NCBI RefSeq assembly: GCF_006345805.1
Contig: NC_043006.1
Coordinates: 98,766,001 to 98,830,000, forward strand
Source: Octopus sinensis
Taxonomy: Eukaryota
Length of the DNA stretch: 64,000 nt
Direction: 5' to 3'
Shown: in pieces, positions 13,404 through 26,625 of the stretch
How the letters are laid out: every line of letters starts with the position of its first letter
Numbering within the stretch: the stretch's first letter is position 1
Made by a program: the position numbers and the translations under genes
Notes under the pieces: model-generated
Database searches by the model: none
Seen by the model: only the letters and a program-made list of their open reading frames with translations
What the model was told of the DNA's origin: nothing

Positions 13404-13610
13404 TATATATATATATGTGTGTACATACATATATTCTTATATATATAGGTATATATATACATATATATATTCTTATATATATACATATATACATATATAC
13501 ATACATATGTATATACACATATATACATATATACATATATATGTGTATATACATCTATACATATATACCTATCAATATACATACAATATGTATATATGTA
13601 CACAATATAA

Positions 13611-14893
13611 CTTAGAATAACTTAGAAAGGTTTTGGCCAGTATCGGCCCATGCCATGTCTAACTTAATAGTTAGAACCTGGCGAAGTTTTTCAATTCAGG
13701 ATTTGGGCACCAAGGTCACTCGAGCAGAGAGTTATTGTGTGCGGAGACATATCCGGGTGTGGGTGGTTTGTCCGGGACTGTTTGAAGGAATTTGTCCAAA
13801 GACTTCTTGAATTTTGTGTGGTCAGTTTCTGTTTTGACGTGTCCTGGTGTAATGTTGAAGAGAGCGGGTCCAATTGAGGTAAAATAATTGTGCCGTATTG
13901 TTGTTATGAGATGCGATTTAGATTTTTGTTGTGGACGGATGGCACGTGGCCCAAGCCTTGGATGTATTTTAAAGATAATGCCAACATCATTCGGACAGTG
14001 CTGATGGAATATTTTCCACATCATACAGATAATGTAGCGTTCACGGCGTCGTTCTAGTGAATACAGTTTCAGCTTTTCTAGTCTACTCCAGTAGTCGAGG
14101 TCTAATATGCCATCTATCTTTTTTGTGATTGACATTTAGGGAGCTTCAATTCTCATAATATTTTGTTTCGTGTAGGGAGACCACAGTGGACAGCAGTATT
14201 CATTGTGGGATCGGGCAAAAGTGGAGAAGAGAATGATAATGGTGTGGGAATCTCTCGACTGGGTGGTTCTGAGAATCCAGGAAGGCACTCTACGGGCCAT
14301 GTCAACTTTGCTGCTCATATGTGTAGCCCAGCTTATGTTGTTGTCCACAGTTACTCCCAAGTATCTGATGTTGCTAGACGCCATGAGAATTTCACCAGAA
14401 GGAAGAGAGTATGGGAGTTTCAGAGCATCCTCCCTTCCAAAGTGGATCATTTCGAATTTGTCTTCGTTTAGCAATATGTTGTTCTTTTCCGCCCATTGGA
14501 CAACACCCAGTAGGTCTGACTCAAGGCTTATCCGGTCACCCATGCCATTGATGACCTTCTGGAGCTTGGAATCATCAGCGAAGATTCTGATGTTACTGTG
14601 TTTGATGATGTCAGTGATGTCATTAATGTAGATGATGAAGAGAAGTGGGCCCAACGCAATGCGTTGTGGGGCACCACTACTGACTTTGGCTGGGCTGGAT
14701 TTGACTCCTTCGACTACAACATGCTGGGCTCTGTTAGACAGGAAGCACTTGATCCACTGCAGCAGCTTTCCAGTGACACCAATATTGGACAACTTTCTCA
14801 AAGGGATTTAATGATCAACCCTGTCAAAGGCCTTGCTGAAATCAAGGTAGGTGACATCAGTGTTGGAACCCTCTCCCAAGGCTCTCAAAATGT
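13611..14893 (-). mobile_element. 5'-truncated CR1-group LINE (RT C-terminal half and 3' end)
   Basis: YLDFSKAFDRVDH, SGAPQRIALGPLLFIIYINDI, IFADDSKL and LKLYSLERRRERY motifs. ORFs 14136-14801 and 13716-14135 are in frame and separated by one TAA. Tandem 3' tail (TTCTAAGTTA)2. Confidence 0.92.
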
Positions 14894-14963
<70 letters not shown>

Positions 14964-15049
14964 GTGTGGTGTGTGTGTGTGTGATTGTGTGTGTATGTGT
15001 GTATATATGTAAGTGCAATAAAAGTTTCACTTTTAATAAATTCATTTTG

Positions 15050-15625
15050 AATCGTGAAAGTATTTTAATTGGATGTATTATCTATCATTACAAGAGAGAT
15101 GTAATTGTTTCAGGTTTGAGACTTAATACTGCAATAGTATTAAGTCAATGTTTACGACGCTTAAACTTTTGATAAAAGACCCATTTTCATCACCAGTAAG
15201 CAGTCTGTCCTGAAAGGGCGAGATGAGCTCACGAGAACGAAGAGAACAGCAGATGTTCACTCGGGATTTGTTGTTGGATTCAGGCAAATCATGGGACATC
15301 AAATTTCCGAGTTTGGGGACCTTTTCATGCTGTTGAAGGTGATAGTAAATAGTTTTATGATTTAAACGAAGGTTCCTTTCCAATTCTTCAACTGAAACTG
15401 CATAATCTTTTTCAAGTTCTCCTAAAAGAATCTTGTTATCAAACACAATTGGACGTCCTGTTCGGGCCTCAACTTCAAGTCTAAAATCTCCACTTATAAA
15501 TTTTACAAATAATCATCTGCCAGTTCTTTCATTGAGGCCATCTTCTCCATATGCTGAGTGAATATTTCAAGTCGCTTCAGCTGCAGAGTTCCCTTTTTTA
15601 AACTCATAAAACATTATGTGCCTCA
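15050..15625 (-). mobile_element. Decayed mariner transposase fragment
   Basis: HLRHIMFYEFKKGNSAAEA (HTH), ARTGRP, KLGNLMSHDL (WVPHEL-like), RLLTGDE. Contains stops and frameshifts. Confidence 0.85.
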
Positions 15626-15859
15626 AATGCACAGAGTTATAATTAGTGAAATTTCAATTAGATTATCCTGCAAAACGAAGTTTAATTAGTTTAAATATGT
15701 CCAAGTATATATAAATACTACTTGATACCATTAGACATTGTGTAATACTTTTAAAGCGTTTACAAATTAAAAATATAGAAGTTCGAACATTACTTATGGG
15801 AAGACTGGGTATGTTGTGTCTGTGTATCTGTGTATGCATGTGCTTGTGTGTGTGTCTGT

Positions 15860-16457
15860 GTGTGTCTTTGCATGTATGTGTGTTTCAGTGTGTGTCTTTG
15901 CATGTATGTGTGTTTCAGTGTGTGTCTTTGTATGTATGTGTGTTTCAGTGTGTGTCTTTGTATGTATGTGTGTTTCAGTGTGTGTCTTTGTATGTATGTG
16001 TGTTTCAGTGTGTGTCTTTGCATGTATGTGTGTTTCAGTGTGTGTCTTTGCATGTATGTGTGTTTCAGTGTGTGTCTTTGCATGTATGTGTGTTTCAGTG
16101 TGTGTCTTTGTATGTATGTGTGTTTCAGTGTGTGTCTTTGCATGTATGTGTGTTTCAGTGTGTGTCTGTGCATGTAGTGTGTTTCAGTGTGTGTCTTTAT
16201 GTATGTGTTTCAGTGTGTGTCTTTGTATGTATGTGTTTCAGTGTGTGTCTTTGCATGTATGTGTGTTTCAGTGTGTGTCTTTGCATGTATGTGTGTTTCA
16301 GTGTGTGTCTTTGCATGTATGTGTGTTTCAGTGTGTGTCTTTGTATGTATGTGTGTTTCAGTGTGTGTCTTTGTATGTATGTGTGTTTCAGTGTGTGTCT
16401 TTGTATGTATGAGTGTTTCAGTGTGTGTCTATGTGTGTATGTGTGTTTCAGTGTGTG
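15860..16457. repeat. 30-bp minisatellite, ~20 units (GTGTGTCTTTGYATGTATGTGTGTTTCAGT)
   Basis: Columns repeat in register in the 60-nt listing; C/T variants at one position; a few shortened units. Confidence 0.95.
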
Positions 16458-19400
16458 TTCATGCGCGCGCCAATGTAATTCTTTTTTGCGTTTATAGACT
16501 TGTGCAAACATACGTATGTGAGATAGAATGAGGAAACTGTGTAGTGTGAGAATATTTTCTATGTCTTTATGAATGTCTATTTTTCGGCATTAAACTTGTT
16601 ACAGTGAATCAAAATATTTTGGATAACCAGTTTGTTTCTCATGCTGTGTCGATGGAGGAAGTGCGTAAACACATCGAATGTTAGTATAAATCACCAACCA
16701 AGTATGTTGATTATTTGTAGATGAATGGAAATATTATTTGAATTTTACGATATGTTTTCCCGTTATAACCATACGTTTTATGCACAGATTTAATAACATT
16801 CAGAGCTTATTCAAAACTGATTTGTAGATAGATGCATTATTTGCACACATACCTTATAATAAAAGTAACATTGTAATGATTAAGTTATCTTTCGTGAAAC
16901 TCCAAAATCATTTTGCCTGGTGACGTATTGAACCTAAGTTAACTTTAGCATTATCGGTTATTTAATATTTCATTTATCAAACTTGTATCTTGGAAGAAAT
17001 GGCAAAATAAACGTTTCTGTGATTCTACTTACCAAAGACGTCTAGATATATACAATCTCGCTATTGAATATATATGACATTCATAAGCATTCCTTTCTAT
17101 ACGAATTAGTTTCAAAATTTATTGTTCACGTATTTTGGATTTTATCACACTTTATATCCGAGTACTTTGCATTCATTTCCCTACAAATGTTTATAATATT
17201 TCACAAATATATCATAATACCAAACTGCATGCAAGAAAAAGAAATTTATTGAATATTTAAGAAGTATTGAGTGCAAAAGAAAAAAAGTAGTGTAATTTTC
17301 TGGCAGTTTGAGTCACTAAGTGGGTTCAGTATTGATTTCTAAACTTCAAATTTCTTTCAGCTACAAAGGACGGAAGTAAATATGTAATTGCTTTTCTCCT
17401 TGTCTTAGCATCTCGATCGTCTTTACACGTGGAGTAGGGTTATGTCCACTTCGGTTGGAATTTTCATTCAATCTTCTCAAGGAATAAACCTAATGCTTAT
17501 CTTGATGCAAGTGAACACTTCAACCGTGAATCAATGTCATTGTATTAGAAGTTATTGTGTTCACAAGAATATGAAAAAAAATTTCGTTTCTAAGACGAAC
17601 ATAACGCAAATAATCCTAACACTCAAGATGTTAAAACAATTTAAGCCTGCAAGACGCCAAATAAGTCTGCATTCACTATATTCAAGATTTAACTACGTAA
17701 ACCTATGTCTGAATTCTCTTTTGTAGTTCAACATCATTTTTTCATCTCCATAAAATGAGTCTCTGAAAACTTAATTACACTTTATTGTATTGTTTCAATT
17801 CTGTAAATAGAATAAAGGAGGAAACATTGCTTACGAACTTTGGAATCCCTTTTGCATTGTTGCATTTAATAATGTTAATAATCTATAGCTCTTGTTGCCA
17901 ACAGCAATACGTGCAGCAGACTTCTACGAGTTCCGTATTTTGTGCGATTATCCTGGATATGAAAGAAAGCATGTGTACAAACAGAACTAAAAGAAGAATT
18001 AGCATCTGTGGCTTGAGTGATAATATATATAACTGGTTCAGAGGACTTAGACTGGTGTAATGATTGCAGACGAACAGAAGAATAAAACGTTTTGGCTTTC
18101 TGCAAGTTATCGATTCACGATGATCAAGATCTTCAAATAACTTTAATATAGTTTATGATGCTGGCTACATATTATGTGAATATTACCACTGCTGCCGCGT
18201 ATATCATGTTGCTTGGTGCATTGCCGAGCTTCGTAGATTGTTAACATAAAATCAAGTATGAAAACAAAATGTTTTAGCTCCATCAATGGTCATTAGATAT
18301 TGTACGGAAAATTACTGGGAGACTTTAATAATAAAATAATTTAAATCACAATGAAATATATTATTTCCTGTATATGTAAAGTGTTTCAAGAACTGTGTTG
18401 CGGTGAGAAAAGGGAATTCCGAGACTATGTAAATACTGTAAATACTTCCAAACTTTTCTTTCAACGCCTTCGAATACCATGAACACTTCAGATGTAATAA
18501 AGGAAATATTTCATGTACAGTATTGTCTGTTTCATTAGTTACTATTATCTTTGAAATATAGATTACTATCACACTCATTCTTAACTTCAAATCAGGTTTG
18601 TTATAGTGCTCTTTGTTGGTTAACCCCGAATCAGTTCGAAAAGCAGTACTCTGCACTGAATATCGAATCTTGTATTACTATCTAGTTAAATAGTATCAAG
18701 GCGGACGTTACGTAATGAGTCACAATATTTTTAGTATAGCTCTATGTAATCATCTAAAGCATATTCGGTTAGCATTTGTAGATATTCAATCATTGACTCA
18801 TTTCAGTGCAAATATGATGAAATATATCTCGAAATATACGATTAAAACTCAATAGAAAACCACAGTATGAAGCATTCCAAGATATTATATAAAACGTAAG
18901 TATTTATATATAATTGGGAATAATTCTCACAATCGCCTCTTGCTTATAAATATGTGCACATTAGAAGTATTGAAAATGATTAAATAGAGATATATTACTG
19001 CTGTAATTATCAGGGATGTCATATGCATTTCCAAAATAGGATGAGCGTTGTTAAATTATACTTAAAATATTTCAATGCGACATAGAAATCCTAATTGAGC
19101 AACATGGAATATTAGGAAAAATCGTACTATGCATCAACATAATCTCCCGTTATTTGCAATTCATATTGCAGAAGAAAACTTAATTCCTGGATAGAGCAAA
19201 ACATTTTTCATTGTATAATTCATATAATTAACTGTACAAGTGAAACCATGCCTTCTAATGGAAACATTATTTGCTCCAATTTGCATTGTTAAATATTAAG
19301 TCTGTGTCAGTGAATGAAATCGTGTATATTTTCTCTTCGAATACGCAGATAATATCGTATAATTTGCATATATGTGTGCGTATATATATTCTATTTACCT

Positions 19401-20097
19401 ACCTTTTCTTCTCTTTCTACCGCTTTGTCTATTTCTCTACTCTATGTATTTTTTCTTTCATTGTCTCTCCTTTACCTATTTTCTTTCCTTCTTCCTTTCT
19501 CTCTCTCTCGCTCTCTCTCTCTATATATATATATATATGCGTATGTGCGTGCGCGCATGTGTGTATAGGTGTTTGTGTGTATGAGTGTGTATGTATGTGC
19601 ATGCATATGCCTGCATTTACTCGTCCTGTCACTGGATTTTCGTACATACGTAGCATGTACATACTTCTACTCCTGTTTCTAGCAGCCACCAATTTGCCTG
19701 CGGGCGCATTAGTTATTAAAAATACGCCATTTTGGATATCATGCTAGAGAAATTAATTTCTCGTGTTAAAATTTCAGAAATTCAACATTACGAGTGTAAA
19801 TCTTCGACTGTTGACGTAACTAACTAATCAAGAGATTAAATTTTCAGTCAATACTTATAAAGCATATATAGAGATTCCTTTTTCAACATTGGACACATTT
19901 TCACTCCTTGCTGCAATCAACCTTTAGTCCTTCAAAAATATAAACATGAACGGAGATAATACGAATTACAATTCTATCTTCTAAACGTCTACTTTAAATA
20001 TTCGACGATCAAAAATTTCTTGTAAATATATAACAGTCGAAAAATATTCTAATAGTTTTGAAGTGAAGCTGTCTAGTCACGTACTCGCCTTTTCAAA

Positions 20098-20190
20098 AAA
20101 TAAGTCCTGGGGTCGATTTGGTCGACTAAAGGCGGTGCTCCAGCATGGCCACAGTCACATGACTGAAACAAGTATAAGAGAAAAGAGAAA
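20098..20190 (+). mobile_element. SINE family A 3' fragment
   Basis: AATAAGTCCTGGGGTCGATTTGGTCGACTAAAGGCGGTGCTCCAGCATGGCC..ACTGAAACAAG matches the tail of 7409-7858. Confidence 0.85.
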
Positions 20191-22984
20191 ATATATATAT
20201 ATATATAAATGTGTGTGCGTGCGTGAGTGTGTATGTGTGTGTGTGTGCGTGTGTGTGTATATATACAGTATGAGAAGGGATATAATATCCAGGCGGATAC
20301 CGAATTCCTGCCCGTAAAATGCCAAGACTGGTTCCCTCTCATAGGGTATTTTTAGGTAATCGTCCTTTAGTTCCCATCCGATGTTCCAGTTTATTTCTTG
20401 GCTGCTACACCACACATATATACAGCCTCGAATAAATAAACTCAGTTCGTTTGGACCCACAATTGTAGAAAGACCCTGATTGAATCTGCTTAGCAGAATA
20501 TACTCGTTTGTATACACCACTGCTCATATTTTGTGAAGTAGAAAGAAGCGTTGGTCATTTTAACTAAGTATGCTGTATAACTGACTGTTATTACGATGCA
20601 CCAGTCTCCGAATTCTCTGTAACTCTGTGGAATTTACACACTCGAAAAAATTCATAATGCAAGGAAGCGAATCCGGATTTACCCATCAGAACAACGCGTA
20701 ACTACGCGAGTTTGTTGGTAGGCATATGGCATGGGATATTCTACTACTGAAATGGCCTCATACCAAAATGCTTCCCAGATGTATTCCAGTTTTATTTCAT
20801 ATAATATACTAGTACATAACCGAAAAAGGAGTGTAGGTAAACACACACTGAAACATGGCCACACTCAGACACAAGCAAGTGCACACAATTACACACACAC
20901 CACGAGAGAGAAAAGAGATATATTCAGTTATGCATATCTAAAATGCATTTATATTTTCGCATGCGCACAGAAACAGAGAAACATCAAAACATATGTGTGT
21001 CTGTAAGCGTATTTGAATGCGTATGTGTGTGCGTGTATGCGTGTGAATGTTCTATTTCTTGTAAGCCTGCCTGTAAGAAGTCAATACATGTAGTCTGTTT
21101 GCGTTTAATGTATCGCTGCATGTAAATATTTATGTCACTAATGCATCACTATTCATAAATTAATATTCGAAATGAAGTCTATTAGTTACGAATATTTAAA
21201 TTAGGTTTTATCACAGAGTTTCAAACACACAAACCATTAATACAGATATATTTATTCGCATTTATGTTCCTTCTCTAACGTAACAAATTGTAAAGATTGC
21301 ATTGGCTATCACAATTGTTATGGTGGCACACAATGGGTGATCATATGCAAATGTTTGAAGCATGAATAATAAACCTGATAGCAATTATTCTATTATATCC
21401 TGCATTAATGTGTTTTGCTTTGTTTTACTTGGAATGAAAATATGCAAAATATGTAATATTATTGGAATTTCAAATGTAATGTTTTATTTGAAACAAATTA
21501 CAATAACAATACTTGAAAATCTAGTCTATATATTTATGTAACATGTAAAAATACGCACAATGAAACAGACTTTATCTACATATTTTATATGATTTTTTAA
21601 TCACATTTTTATTAGAAAAATGGAGGGTAGATAAAGAAATGTAAATACAACCTGGGATATATTTTACAATATGTTTTGCATGTAGACATAATTTTGGTGT
21701 TGATATGTATATAATTAAAGCAACTGTATGTATAAATATTACGATTTCATATCAACTGATAACACCGACTAAGAATTGCCTTTTGACCACGAAGATCAAT
21801 AAAATATTACCTGACTATTGAAGCAAAATTTGAATTTCTCCCCACTCTCTCTCTTTTCCTATGTGTGTGTGTGTGTGTGTGTGTGATAGTCACTTAATAC
21901 CAAATATAGGTATAGGAAAACTATATGCGTTGTTGTGAAATTTATAACTTTCATATAAGCCTAAGTAATTTAATAGGCATTATATGGTACTGTAGCGTAG
22001 AGATAACCTTGAGATTTGCTTGAGAGAGCAACTAAAACAAGATAGTATTTTGTAGTATCGAATGCTTTTTGGAAGTGTGTAATAGGCAATAAATGGAAAG
22101 TAGCTGGGCTGACGTAGGCTGAATATTAATTGGCGCTGGGAGAATTAAAATGAACGCATATACAGTGTGTATAGAATTGCCAATCTGTAAGTGTAGACGA
22201 CGGGACAGGTTCAAAATGATAAAGCAAAAATTGTAAATTAGGATACAGGCAAATAGATGAAAGAAAGCCGACATGTCACTTAGTAACAAACGGCCGGCAG
22301 AGTAAAAGCGGGACAACACTAGACAGTGAACTTAGTATATACAATGAAGATAAGAGATATTTTATGGCTTTATTTTCAAAAACCTTTTGTTTATTGTATT
22401 TTACATTATCGTATTTCCCTTGCCGTGGTTCATCCACTTCTCGGCAAAATCGTTTCAAAACTTATCTCTCTCTATTTTTTATTTAGCTGTTACCCTATCT
22501 CAAATAAGATTAATTTTATTATATATATTTTTTTTGCATTGATACTATGAGCACCTAGAATGTCGCCGTGCCTGTTTTATTTTCATTGTTGGTAGTATTA
22601 TTGTAATTTTAAGTCATATGCTTATGGTTGCAACCACTTCAGTTGTTCACCCTCTTCGGTATATAATGGTCTTTCTGGTAAACTCTTCACTCGCGTCTGA
22701 TTATGTCATTTCCAGTTGTTTCCAAGCGGAATAGTGTGTGCCAATTACAATAACATTTGCCAACATTAGTCTTGGTTTTTACAAAAGCAAAATTAAACGC
22801 TCTGTATCGATCAAATTCAGCAGAGAACTATAAGCCCACAAACATGAGCAGCAATTACATATTGCCCTTAATTTCTCTCCAATTACGTGTCACTATCAGC
22901 TACGCTCTATACGGAAAGCAAGGACCGCATTTCACTAAGCTTCATTTCTTTATATTCATTAAGAAATTTTATTCATTAAAGTAA

Positions 22985-23760
22985 GTACCATTAAAGTCAA
23001 CACATATTTACCAACGTGTTACAAGTTTGTTTATTCCGGTAACATAAAAATCTGGAGTTCTGGAGCTGATGACTTCTTTGGACATAATTCTAGCATCAGT
23101 TTCATTTTTCAACTCTTCTCGCAAGAAACCATCAAGGAGCTTGAAAAAGTGATAGTCGCTAGGAGAAAGGTCTGGAAAATAAGCTGGGTGGGGAAGAACT
23201 TCGTAGCCAAGATCTCCAACTTCTATAGCGTCATAAGTGAAACGTGTTATCGGGCATTGTCATGAAGAATGATTGGCCATCTTCTGTTGACCAGTCTGGG
23301 ACGGAGCAGTTTTTCGTTCATTTTGGCAATTTCATGCCAATGTCTCTGCAGTAATGGTCTTTCCAGGTTTTAAGAAGTTATCACGGATGAATCCAGCAGA
23401 ACAACACTGAACAGTCATCATAACCTTCTTTTTGAAGAACTCGCTTTAAGGAAAGTTTTCTACTCTTCATTTTGGTACAACCACTGCGTAGAACGATATT
23501 ATTGTACAAATTCCACTTTTGTTACCATACAATCGAGAAATGGATCGATGACAGATGGACGCTCATTACTCTCACGATATTCAAGGCTCAGATCTCCGCT
23601 GTGAAATTCTTTAAACCATTTTCGAGCTGACCACTCACTAGTCATTTCCACACCAAACGTTTCGTTGATATCGCGAACAGCTGCATTTGCTTTACGTCCT
23701 TTTTTGAAGTTGGATAGCAAAATTGCTGGAACATAGCGTTTTGAGAGTTCCAATCAAGAC
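22985..23760 (-). mobile_element. Internally deleted, decayed mariner element
   Basis: MELSKRYVPAILLSNFKKGRKANAAVRDINETFG (HTH), KKVMMTV, IILHDNAR and YFPDLSPSDYHFFKL-type motifs with frameshifts. The linker/WVPHEL region is missing. Confidence 0.85.
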
Positions 23761-23999
23761 AACTGTAACAACGGTGAAAAAAAATATCAATTGTCTATGC
23801 CTGTATTATCAGACAATTTCATTTTTTTTTTTAATTTAAAATTCTGCAAAAATCCGGTACAAATTCTTTATGGTTCAAAACGTTGATTACTTTTTAGTCA
23901 CCTTGATATTTTATTACCCTTCAATTACTAGCACTCTGCCAAGGGTTATGAGACAACTACTATGAAGTTTTGCACTCATATCCAGGCAGGGCTTCTGCT

Positions 24000-24950
24000 A
24001 CGCCCAAAGATATCATGAAATGCATTCGCAAAATAGAATATTCGGCTGATCTGAATAAAATAGCTCACAGATCGCTTCGCCTGCTTGCCTCAAATTGTGC
24101 TGCCAAGTTTTAATCCATTTTTTGCCATTATGTCTGATTTCACATCTCCACAATTCAGTTTCTTCCAAATCACTTGTCTTTCTTTCTCACAACCCTTGGT
24201 GTCTAGTTATCGACATGTTTGGAATATCTTCCTTGTTCATATCTTGCTTACATATATCGACTCGCAACTGTTTAAGAAGTATAATAGCATAAATTTCGCA
24301 TCAACCGGATGGTCTGCAAATGACTTAGGCGTAAACCCCTCCAACACAATTAAAAAAAAGGCAAATATTAAGTTTGACAGTAAGGAAAATTTCTTTGATA
24401 ATCAAATTCTTCTCTCTAATCAATACGTCTGAGAATACAAAACGAATTTTTCATGAAATCCATATGTATTCCTTCGGTAACTATTTGTAAGATTGAAGAA
24501 AAATTTGAAGATTGCAAATGAAAGACATCGTCATTACGTTCCGTTGAACGCTGATTTGTGTCCATGGCAGGCGACATCAATTCCACCGCATCACCTTATC
24601 TGATGATTCATAGGCACGTATCTTGTAGATGTGTGACTCAATTTTCGGTGAGTTGATTAACCGTTTGTTTTAACATTGCCATTTTATCACGAGTAACCTT
24701 TAGTCGAAAGTTGCTTATCACATCCTTGATATTCTTTAGAATGTCCCAGGAATCTATTTTTATATTCCTAGACACTGCCCTTCTTCCTTTGATTAAACTT
24801 AAATAATACATAAAATGTTGAACAAAAGGTTTGCTACATCACAGAACAAAATCTTGTCCAACACTTGAGCATAGTTCACAATAAACCAAGACATCGATTT
24901 TAATTTTGACAACTCAATTCCACCTGAGATATCTTCACCAGTGTCTATTC
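24000..24950 (-). pseudogene. Possible ancient transposase-like coding relic, family unidentified
   Basis: Long stop-poor minus-strand stretches (IDSWDILKNIKDVISNF.., SPAMDTNQRSTERND..). No motif confidently recognised. Confidence 0.25.
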
Positions 24951-25262
24951 ATAAATTTCATATTCAAGCTTTTGAATCATTGTGAAATTGATATTTTCAA
25001 TGATTAATTGTATTTGGGTCACTATTATTTTGAAGTAAGTGTAAGGAATTACATTCATATTTCACTTCATTATTGAAATATTTCAATCCAAAATCATTTA
25101 TTGGTTACTTTGAAAAGAAAAGGAAAATCTCATGCTTTAAATTTATCAGATTCAGGTACCTCCTTATTAACAGTTTTAATGGTTCCATGTTCCCAGACAT
25201 TTCGAAAATTATTAAGCATGAACCCTTAATTTTGTTAAATTTATTTCTACAGAAATTATAAG

Positions 25263-25737
25263 AAAGCTGCGAGTTTGCAGAAACGTTAGCACGCCGGTCG
25301 AAATGCGTAGCGGTATTTCATCTGGCGTTACGTTCTGAGTTCAAATTCCGTCGAGGTCGATTTGGCCTTCATCCTTCTAGGTCGATAAATTAAGTACCTA
25401 TTTCTTTACTACCTACAAGGGGCTAAACACAGTGAGGATAAACAAGGAAAGACAAACGGCTTAAGTCGATTACATCGACCCCAGTGTGTAACTGGTACTT
25501 AATTCATCGACCCCGAAAGGATGAAAGGCAAAGTCGACCTCGGCGGAATTTGAACTCAGAACGTAACGGTAGACGAAATACGGCTACGCATTTCGTCCGG
25601 CGTGCTAACGTTTCTGCCAGCTCACCGCCATTAAGTACCAGTTACAGACTGGGTCGATGAAATCGACTTAATCCATTTGTCTGTCCTTGTTTGTCCCCTC
25701 TATGTTTAGCCCATTGCGGGCAATAAAGGAATAAGAA
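25263..25737. mobile_element. SINE family B (+) interrupted by an antisense family B copy (25399-25629)
   Basis: Insert flanked by the 10-bp direct repeat ATTAAGTACC (25389-25398 and 25630-25639). The outer copy resumes after it. Confidence 0.88.
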
Positions 25738-25761
25738 ATTATAACCAGAACTAATTTTTTC

Positions 25762-26625
25762 CTACAACGTTTTATATCGAGACGTCACTTGTAAACAAAG
25801 AATGAGACCGAAGACAAAAATGGGTAATAAGTGTATATTCCATATTTCGGGGGAGGGTGCCCCTTCATCAGCAACCATCTAATCCACTGTCACCTCCGAG
25901 CACATCGTTTATATAACCACCGCAGACAGAGGTATTAAGTTATTAGATATACCGATTTACATACTAAACGCATTCTTGGAGCTGGTTTGTAAACATTAAT
26001 GATTTATAGACACGTGAATTTCGTTATGGAACCATAATATATTGTAGCAAAAAATCAGTGCTGGATATAATTTCTGTAGAAATAACCTTAACATGATAAT
26101 GTAAAGAGCACTGCCAACGTAGTAGAACGTGTTGTTGACTTATAAAAATATTTAATATACTTTATAGTATACTACGGTTGTATAACATAATACCACGTGC
26201 CTTACAGTTATTAATGCTTACATACCAGTTCAATGAATGTGTTTAACATGCACATTGGTATATCCAATAACTTAACACGACTGTATGTGGTGGCCATATA
26301 AGCGATGGGATCAGAAGCGCAGGAGGTTATATGGATGCTAATGAAGGGGCAAAAAACCCCCACGAAATATGGTATATACGCTCATTACTCATTTTTGTCT
26401 TCGATCTCATTGTTTGTTTATATCTGACGTTTCGTTATGAAACATTGTAGCAAAGACAAAAATCAGTGCTGGCTGATTTCTGTAGAAACAGCCTTAACAA
26501 AATAATGTAAAGAGCACTGCTAACACAGTAGAAGTCGCTGTTGACTTATAAATTTTATTTAACATATTTTATTGTATAGGTATGGTTACATAACAAAATA
26601 CCACGTGCCTATAAGTCATTAATGC
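25762..26625. mobile_element. Old Penelope pLTR-like array: inverted A' followed by tandem B-A-B (~410-bp period) with decayed HHR motifs
   Basis: 25762-26001 is the diverged reverse complement of 26210-26450; 26020-26217 matches 26431-26625. CTGATGA-aGGGG..CCCC-c-GAAA on the minus strand at 25845-25871 and CTAATGA..GAAA on the plus strand at 26338-26367. Confidence 0.7.

Noticed and set aside
15860-16457. CRISPR-like periodicity
   Set aside because: Units are head-to-tail with no unique spacers, and the context is eukaryotic.
15790-16531. Long ORFs (up to 233 aa) over the minisatellite
   Set aside because: They arise from a stop-free 30-bp repeat unit.
17339-17385. Possible 15-nt microexon (TTTCTTTCAG|CTACAAAGGACGGAA|GTAAAT)
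   Set aside because: Splice-like strings are common in AT-rich DNA, and there is no neighbouring exon or expression evidence.
20155-20520. Non-repetitive 121-aa minus-strand ORF (also ORFs at 18312, 28052 and 45696)
   Set aside because: No recognisable domain or convincing exon chain; a BLASTX search would be needed.
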